The notes under the pieces are model-generated. The model was given only the letters and a program-made list of their open reading frames with translations, was not told the origin of the DNA and ran no database searches. Positions 57,546 through 64,000 of a stretch of DNA of 64,000 nt are shown here, piece after piece. Position numbers and translations under genes: made by a program. This DNA comes from Candidatus Pyrohabitans jungbluthii. GTDB taxonomy: Archaea; Hydrothermarchaeota; Hydrothermarchaeia; Hydrothermarchaeales; BMS3B. Each line of letters opens with the position of its first letter. Position 1 is the stretch's first letter. The stretch is taken from positions 224,001 through 288,000 of the forward strand of contig MTMD02000002.1 in NCBI GenBank assembly GCA_002010065.2, given 5' to 3'.

Positions 57546-59603
57546 TTACTCCTTATAGATTACCTTTAGGGGTGAGAAGGGCACACCATTGCCCTGATAG
57601 AACTTCGAGAATATTTCATAGAAGTGCAACCTCAGCGTATGGACAAAGGAGATGAAGGCCTCCATCACTAGGATTACAAGGTTGCCGAGGATGAACACCA
57701 GGGCGATGAGCACACCCTTGCCGGGTATTGCCGAGGCACTCAGGCCATTCATGGCGTTGACCATCATCATAGATAGCGCAGCGTGCACCACACCTATAAT
57801 CGTAATTCTCAGGAAGGAGAGCGTGTTTGTGAGGTACTTCATGGCATTTTCGAAGGTCTCTATAAAGGCGATCATTATCCCCTCTTTCTTTATCAGCCAC
57901 CCCTCAATGAATATGAGCAGTATGGGTACGCCAACGCCGATGGCTATTGCTGGTGGGGTCATCGCATCCTTGAACACCACGTAGCTGCCGCCGAGAAGCG
58001 CCCATATTCCAGGCACGCCGAAGGGGCTTAACAAGCCGTGCTTCAGCTCGCCCCTGATTGCGTGGTTCACTATGTTTATCACCAATCCAAGGATGAGCAG
58101 ACCTATGCCAAGGTATATAGAGAAGTACACCGCCCGCATTATTCTGTCGGGAGCACCGAGAAGCGCACCCTCAAAGAATCTGTCCAGCACAGGTACCTTC
58201 ACCGGCTCTATGCTGAAGCCCAGGTACTTCTCCATGGGCGATAACTCCTCGCCGTGCATGGCCTCTGCCTCAAGGCCAAACATGCTGCCGTACATGAACC
58301 CCACAAGCGTTGCCATTATTCCGCACAGGATTAGCGTTCTTCCCAGCTTCCTACCCTTATCGCTCAGCTTCTTCATCTTAAAGCCCATGAATATGCCGAC
58401 GAGGGTTAGTATCAACCCCTGACCAATATCGCCGAACATGAAGCCGAAGATGAATGGGAAGGTTACTGCGATTATGCTCGTGGGGTCTATCTCGCGGTAG
58501 TGGGGCGTACCATAGGTGGTTGTGAGCGACTCTAAAGGCTGGGTAACCTTGGGGTTAACGATGAGCGTGGGCGGGGTCTCCTCTTCCTCGGGCTCGCTAA
58601 CCTCGACAACGCACGCTCCGCCGGTGGTTTTCTCTATAATATCCACAACCTCATTCACCCGCGAAGCAGGCACCCACCCGGCGAGGTAGTATGTGCTCGC
58701 GGTCTTAAGGAAGTTCAGGTTAGCTTCATCGACGGTCTTGGCTATGGTGAGGAATCTCTTATACCTGAGGAGGTTGCCAATCTCCTTGTTGGCTATCTCG
58801 CGAAGCTGGTTTATTATATCCTTTTCATCCTTCTCAAGCGCTGCGGCGTTCTCCTCAACCTTCCTTTTTGCTTCCTCCAGCGTATAGGGGATGAGCCTCA
58901 GGGGGATGCTAACCTCCTCAAAGCGGTGGATTCGAAGCTGCCTGCTAACATCTGCCTCGTACTTCTTCAGCACTATGAGCACGAGAAGAGCCTGCTTTTT
59001 GGCTATCTCTTTGGTTTCAAGGATGTAGAGGTCGGTTATCTTGCCCACGCTCTCCTCTATGGCGGCTATCTCTTCCTTTGGTATAACGCCGAAAAATATA
59101 GAAGTGTACTTCAACCCGCGCAGGTCCTTGGGGCCGAAACCAAAGACCTCGAGTTTCTCAAGCGTCGCCCTGAAGCTCTGAAGCTCCTCCTTCTCCTTCC
59201 TTACCTCAGCAAGGCGATTGTTAAGGGCAAGCACTCTATCCTCAAGGAAGAACAGCCTCTCCGCAATCTCCTCAAAGGCTTGCTTGACCTCATCTTCACT
59301 GGCAGGGAGCTTCCTGGCTATCTCCTCCAGATCACCCAGGGGCGGAGATTCAACATCCTCCGGAAAAGCCTGCCTCAGAATCTCCAGCAGGTTTTCTATC
59401 TTGGAAATATTCTCAGAGGCCTCTATTCTGATCCACGAGCCTCCCGCAGCCTTGAGTTTAAGCTTCTCCACTAATTCGCTGCCGTCGGAGGCAGAGTTTA
59501 TGAAGTGGATTACACCCTTATCCTTAAGCTCCTTGAGCACGCTGTTCTTGTGCTCTTCTAGGAGCACCGCCTCTACCTTCTTCATTGGCAAGGGCTTAAG
59601 CAT
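57546..59603 (-). CDS. atpI: A/V-type ATP synthase subunit I (a)
   Basis: PPTL..NP, YGTPHYREIDPT, FGFMFGDIGQG, NTLSFLR, HTLRLHFYEIFSKFY. Confidence 0.95.
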   Translation of the reverse strand: MLKPLPMKKVEAVLLEEHKNSVLKELKDKGVIHFINSASDGSELVEKLKLKAAGGSWIRIEASENISKIENLLEILRQAFPEDVESPPLGDLEEIARKLPASEDEVKQAFEEIAERLFFLEDRVLALNNRLAEVRKEKEELQSFRATLEKLEVFGFGPKDLRGLKYTSIFFGVIPKEEIAAIEESVGKITDLYILETKEIAKKQALLVLIVLKKYEADVSRQLRIHRFEEVSIPLRLIPYTLEEAKRKVEENAAALEKDEKDIINQLREIANKEIGNLLRYKRFLTIAKTVDEANLNFLKTASTYYLAGWVPASRVNEVVDIIEKTTGGACVVEVSEPEEEETPPTLIVNPKVTQPLESLTTTYGTPHYREIDPTSIIAVTFPFIFGFMFGDIGQGLILTLVGIFMGFKMKKLSDKGRKLGRTLILCGIMATLVGFMYGSMFGLEAEAMHGEELSPMEKYLGFSIEPVKVPVLDRFFEGALLGAPDRIMRAVYFSIYLGIGLLILGLVINIVNHAIRGELKHGLLSPFGVPGIWALLGGSYVVFKDAMTPPAIAIGVGVPILLIFIEGWLIKKEGIMIAFIETFENAMKYLTNTLSFLRITIIGVVHAALSMMMVNAMNGLSASAIPGKGVLIALVFILGNLVILVMEAFISFVHTLRLHFYEIFSKFYQGNGVPFSPLKVIYKE

Positions 59604-59646
59604 ATCGCGACCCTCTGTTCAGTAAACAGGTGGGTTAATATACTGC

Positions 59647-61026
59647 TCAGTTTTTAAATTTTTCTGCCACTCTCAAAAAGTTGTTCACCATGCTCGGGTA
59701 GGAAAGCACGTGAACATGCATATAGTTTGCAAGGGTGTTGTCTTTTATTATACCATCATGGGCGCCGTCCACACCCTTTCCTCTCTCAACTCGGTACGCA
59801 AAGGTTAGCTTCTCAAAGGCTTTAACCTTGGAGTAGTGGAACTCGTGTCCCACCAAGAGATCACCACTCCTGCTTATGGGATTATCGCGAACAGCAAGAT
59901 TCTTCACATAGCCCAAAGCCTGAAACTTAGCCTCCATTTTCGTGGCAATGGGCAGGAAGCCCACCATCTCGTATTCATGATTATCTCTGGTATTTATACT
60001 TTGCCCCAGGTACATGAGCCCGCCACACTCTGCGTAGCAGGGCTTACCGCTGGCACAGAAGTCGTATATGCTTTGCCTTAGCCTGTGGTTGCGTTCAAGC
60101 TGCTCTGCCATTATCTCAGGAAAACCTCCGCCTATGTAGAGGGCATCTAAATCTTTTGGTAGCGCTGAATCGTGAAGCGTGTCTATTGGCACCAGCTTTG
60201 CCCCCTGGGCAGCGAAGGCATCGAGGTTGTCCTGGTAGTAGAAGGTGAAGGCTACATCCCGAGCAACACCCAGAGTAACCTTCGGCTCTCCTGGCTCTGA
60301 AAACAGGGGGTTGAGAGGGACCTCCTCAATCTCGGGCGCATTGCTCGCCACCTCGAGGATGCCGTCTATGTCTATGTGTTCCTCCACTATGCTCGCTAGG
60401 TTGTCGAAGAGTTGCTCGAGTTTATCCTTCTCGTACGCTGGTATTAAGCCGAGGTGACGCTCAGGTATCTCTATGCTCTGGCTTCTCGGCACGGTGCCGA
60501 AGACGCGCATCTTGGCAAGAACTTCAACGGCAGTCTTTGCCTTGTACGCATGCCTGGGGTTGCCCACGCGGTTCAGCACAACACCTGCTATGTCCACGCT
60601 TGGGTCAAATAGTTTGTAGCCAAGAACGAAGGGGGCGGCTGTGCGGGAGATTCGCTCCACATTAGCCACGAGAATTACGGGAGCCTTAATAACCTTGCTA
60701 ACTTCAGCGGTGCTTCCCTTCGCATCGACAGCGTTGTGGCTGTCGTACAGCCCCATCGTGCCTTCGATTACAGCTATATCAGCGCCCTTGGAGTTCCTTA
60801 CGAAGGTCTCTAAGATGTCCTCGTCGCGCATCATGTAGCCGTCTAAGTTCCTGCTCACCCTCCCCGTGGCGAAGAGGTGATAGCTGGGGTCGATGAAGTC
60901 AGGACCAACCTTGAAAGGCTGCACCTTGTAGCCGCGGTTGCGCAGGGCGCGCATTAAGCCGATGGAAATGACGGTTTTGCCAGCTCTGCTGGAGGTGCCT
61001 GAGATGAGAATCCGCGGGATATCCAT
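59647..61026 (-). CDS. cbiA: Cobyrinate a,c-diamide synthase family (CbiA/CobB; CfbB or DsrN not excluded)
   Basis: GKT, FKVGPDFIDP, IEGTMGLYD, ERHLGL, GGGFPE, AECGG, GHEFHYS. Confidence 0.8.
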   Translation of the reverse strand: MDIPRILISGTSSRAGKTVISIGLMRALRNRGYKVQPFKVGPDFIDPSYHLFATGRVSRNLDGYMMRDEDILETFVRNSKGADIAVIEGTMGLYDSHNAVDAKGSTAEVSKVIKAPVILVANVERISRTAAPFVLGYKLFDPSVDIAGVVLNRVGNPRHAYKAKTAVEVLAKMRVFGTVPRSQSIEIPERHLGLIPAYEKDKLEQLFDNLASIVEEHIDIDGILEVASNAPEIEEVPLNPLFSEPGEPKVTLGVARDVAFTFYYQDNLDAFAAQGAKLVPIDTLHDSALPKDLDALYIGGGFPEIMAEQLERNHRLRQSIYDFCASGKPCYAECGGLMYLGQSINTRDNHEYEMVGFLPIATKMEAKFQALGYVKNLAVRDNPISRSGDLLVGHEFHYSKVKAFEKLTFAYRVERGKGVDGAHDGIIKDNTLANYMHVHVLSYPSMVNNFLRVAEKFKN

Positions 61027-61080
61027 GGCATAACCTCTTGGGCAGAGGCTCGCCTAACGTAGCAAAGCAAAACTGAAGCC

Positions 61081-62889
61081 CTACGCCTCTACCGCGAAAA
61101 TCTCCCTGCCTTCCTCCACATAGCTCAGCAAGGAATCGCCAATTTCGCTGTTCTTCGCCAGCTTAACCTCCCCCTTCCTGCCTATCGTCGCCGTGAACAG
61201 GTAGTCATCACCCGCGTAGAACTTCATCATCCTGCCTGCGTAGCCCTTGCCAAGGATGAGGTGGATGTAGTGCTTGGTCTCCGCCACATCCACTGGCACG
61301 CGCGGCGCAGCGCTACGCTCAGGCTGCGCCTTCTCGGCGAAAGTGCGCACATCTATGGCTAAGCCTAGCTTCTTTTCCAGCGATGCGATGCGCTTGCCCT
61401 TCCTGCCTATGAGCGCTGGCAGGTAGCGTTCATCCACGTACACAGTAGCCCTGCCCTCGCTTACCTCCACATTCACGCCTGCGCTGCTTGGGAGATGGCG
61501 TCTAACCTCCTGGAGAACACGCTCAGAGGCGAGCCTCTCCACAGGCTTGGCCTCGCGCACCTCAGCGACGGGCATTACAATTGTCTCCTCGCCGAAAGTG
61601 TAGATCTCATACTCTGTGGTGTCGCTTTCGAAGTCCTTCACCTCAATCACGGGCCTGGCGAGGTCAGCCTCTACCATGCCGGCAGGCACCTTTACAGAGA
61701 ACACCACCTTGTATACCTTCTCCACCCTGCCGTCCTTGATGAAGATTACAGTGTCCACAATCTGGGGAATCATTCCCAGCTCCACCCTGCCGATGAGGCG
61801 CTGCAGGGCATCTATGGCTTTGGTAGCGTGCACCACACCCACCATGCCCACGCCAGCCAGGCGCATGTCCGCAAATATCCTGAAGTCCCTCGTCTTGCGC
61901 ACTTCGTCATAAATTGTGTAGTCAGGGCGCACCAGTAGCAGTATATCGGCGGTCTTCTCCATGTCTCCCTCCAGGGGGGCGTACTGAGTAATCTCATCGC
62001 TAACCTGCAAATCGCGAGGCGACTCCATGGTTTTGACTATCTTGCCAAGAGAGCGGTAAAACTCGGCTAACGCCTGAGAGAAGGTGCTCTTGCCAGCGCC
62101 CGGCGGTCCGGCGACGAGTATCCCCTCAGCTCTCTCGCGCAGGCGCTGCAGGAGCTTATCGCTCAGCCTGTAGTCCTCAAGCGATACCTGGGCAATCGCT
62201 CGCACAGCGGTAATCTCAAAGCCGTCGCTGAAGGGCGGCTTGGCGATGGCGATGCGAATCTCTCGCAACTGAACAACGCTTGCCCCGCGGCGCTCTATCT
62301 CTATGAATGAATCCGGATCAACCTTCGCATACTCCAGAATCTCCCTCGCCAGCTTTGCCAGCTCCTTCTCCGTTAAAGGCTTCTCACCTATGGGCACGAG
62401 TTTTATATTGCCCGGCCTGCCCTTCTTTGCCATTGGCACTACACGCTCTCGCAGGTGAACCGACATCGTCTCAGCATCGAAATACTTGAGTATACCCAGC
62501 TTACGCTTCACCCGCTTGGCGCGGAGGTACTTCACCTTTATCCCCTTCACGCGAGCCACCATCGCCTGCACGCGGTCGCTGGTAACGAGAACGCCGCCCG
62601 TCTCCTTTGCCACATTCCTTATTATGTCGTCGATGAAGCGCAGCTCGTGCTCCTTTGGGCGCGAGCCATAGAACTCCAGAGTAATAACCCCAGCCTCCGC
62701 CTTTTCGCGAAGATGCGCCAGCTCCTCAAGACCATTGAATCCGCTCTCCTTGCCCTGATTTGCCTGGTGCTCTAGCTCTGCCACCACCGCCTCAGGTACA
62801 ATAATCTTCGCCCCGGCGTAATCCTTATTCTTTATAAGCTGGGTTATCCTTCCATCTATTATAACCGAAGTATCTGGTACAAGAATCAT
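61081..62889 (-). CDS. PINc/VapC-family ATPase with KH domain (PINA)
   Basis: [13 protein letters not shown] domain, [28 protein letters not shown]-terminal LIGRKG KH motif. Confidence 0.93.
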   Translation of the reverse strand: MILVPDTSVIIDGRITQLIKNKDYAGAKIIVPEAVVAELEHQANQGKESGFNGLEELAHLREKAEAGVITLEFYGSRPKEHELRFIDDIIRNVAKETGGVLVTSDRVQAMVARVKGIKVKYLRAKRVKRKLGILKYFDAETMSVHLRERVVPMAKKGRPGNIKLVPIGEKPLTEKELAKLAREILEYAKVDPDSFIEIERRGASVVQLREIRIAIAKPPFSDGFEITAVRAIAQVSLEDYRLSDKLLQRLRERAEGILVAGPPGAGKSTFSQALAEFYRSLGKIVKTMESPRDLQVSDEITQYAPLEGDMEKTADILLLVRPDYTIYDEVRKTRDFRIFADMRLAGVGMVGVVHATKAIDALQRLIGRVELGMIPQIVDTVIFIKDGRVEKVYKVVFSVKVPAGMVEADLARPVIEVKDFESDTTEYEIYTFGEETIVMPVAEVREAKPVERLASERVLQEVRRHLPSSAGVNVEVSEGRATVYVDERYLPALIGRKGKRIASLEKKLGLAIDVRTFAEKAQPERSAAPRVPVDVAETKHYIHLILGKGYAGRMMKFYAGDDYLFTATIGRKGEVKLAKNSEIGDSLLSYVEEGREIFAVEA

Positions 62890-63287
62890 CTTCTACCTCC
62901 ATAAACCTTCTCGGGGTCAAACATGCGCTCGCCCTGGGTTACCCACTCACCCTCGCGGAGCACGCGGTGGAAGCAGGAGTAGTACCCCTCGTGGCACGCT
63001 GCGCCGCGCTGCTCTACCTTAAATAGCAGAGCATCGCCGTCGCAGTCCAAGCGCACCTCCTTGACAACCTGGAAGTTGCCGGAGGTCTCGCCCTTAACCC
63101 AGAGCTTTCTGCGGGAGGTGCTGTAGTAGGTCATTTTTCGCGTGGCGAGCGTCTTTGCCAGAGCCTCGCGGTTCATAAAGGCTACCATAAGCACCTCTTG
63201 AGTGCGGTAATCCTGAACCACAGCGATGGCAAGCTCTTCTCCAGCGAGCTTAATCCTGAAGTTAACCCTGTCTAACAACTCCTCCAT
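62886..63287 (-). CDS. hisI: Phosphoribosyl-AMP cyclohydrolase
   Basis: [36 protein letters not shown]. Confidence 0.96.
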   Translation of the reverse strand: MEELLDRVNFRIKLAGEELAIAVVQDYRTQEVLMVAFMNREALAKTLATRKMTYYSTSRRKLWVKGETSGNFQVVKEVRLDCDGDALLFKVEQRGAACHEGYYSCFHRVLREGEWVTQGERMFDPEKVYGGRR

Positions 63288-63391
63288 ATTAACTCCACTT
63301 AATTTTATTGTCCCCACCCTTTATTACTGTTATTCTTAGATGTGCCCCAGTAGGATTACATGATTTTTACAAAAGTAACTGAAAGTAAACC

Positions 63392-64000
63392 CTACTCCAT
63401 CCCCTCCAGCACAACCTCGGCGATGTCCTTCACCTCAAGCTTAGCCCCGACCTCGGCTACGCCCTTCTTGAGCACACGCTTGCACTGCTGGCATGCGGTG
63501 ACCAGAACGCTGGCGCCTGTCCCCTCGGCTTCTCTCGCCACAGTGTGGGAGATGTCCGAAGTGAGCTCCGGCTCAACAAGCTCCAGGTCGCCACCACCGC
63601 CACAGCACAGCGCAATCTCCCTGACGCGGGGCATCTCCACAAGCTCCGCTTTAAGGGCACGCAACACTTTGCGCGGCGCCTCGTAAATCCTGGAATGCCT
63701 TCCAAGGTCGCAGGGATCGTGATAGGTGAGCTTTACGCTGTAGCCGCGAAGCTTCAATCTCTTAGCCTCTATAAGCTCCTGGATAAACTCCGTGTGATGG
63801 TACAGCTTCGCATTAAGCGAGTAGTGCTCCCTGAAGGTGCGATAGCAGCTCGGGCATGAGAAGACCACCTTGCTTGCGCCGGTCTTTTCAATCTCTTTGG
63901 TGTTGTGCTCTATAAGCTGCGCAGCCTCGCTGTGCATACCAGCGACGATAAGCGGGTAGCCGCAGCACCACTCATTTTCACCCAGAATAGCGAAGTCCAC
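63392..64000 (-). CDS. CCG-domain Fe-S oxidoreductase (HdrD/GlpC-like), 5' truncated by window edge
   Basis: EWCCG, CPSC, YHDPCDLGR, CCGGGG, TACQQC. Confidence 0.88.
   Translation of the reverse strand: MDFAILGENEWCCGYPLIVAGMHSEAAQLIEHNTKEIEKTGASKVVFSCPSCYRTFREHYSLNAKLYHHTEFIQELIEAKRLKLRGYSVKLTYHDPCDLGRHSRIYEAPRKVLRALKAELVEMPRVREIALCCGGGGDLELVEPELTSDISHTVAREAEGTGASVLVTACQQCKRVLKKGVAEVGAKLEVKDIAEVVLEGME

Overview
This 64 kb window is archaeal chromosomal DNA of euryarchaeal type. SepRS, menaquinone-type ubiD/menG genes, MptA, NMD3, rpl37e and an archaeal 7S RNA are compatible with a thermophilic anaerobe such as Hydrothermarchaeota, but that taxon is an inference only. Most of it is moderately GC-rich housekeeping sequence: pgk, sucCD, sepS, SRP RNA, tRNA-Ser(GCT), iorAB, trpB2, ubiD, menG, tyrS, mptA, aroC, trm1, ilvC, valS, purF, tRNA-Ala(GGC), wecC, leuA/cimA, dapL, topA, korAB, atpIKC, cbiA-like, PINA and hisI. 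A type IV pilus locus has an assembly ATPase made of two fused, full-length ATPase modules. Two AT-rich islands are present: a surface-glycosylation/pilin flank at the left edge, and a two-gene cassette of a SAMHD1-like HD protein plus a partner at 53.8-56.0 kb. The most unusual signal is non-coding. A family of dispersed, hairpin-rich intergenic repeats built from three modules (A, B, C) recurs at four loci in shuffled order, always co-oriented with the downstream gene. A separate four-hairpin inverted doublet with compensatory base changes lies at 30.1-30.2 kb. No CRISPR array, transposase or integrase was seen. All family calls come from motif recognition by eye, not from database searches.
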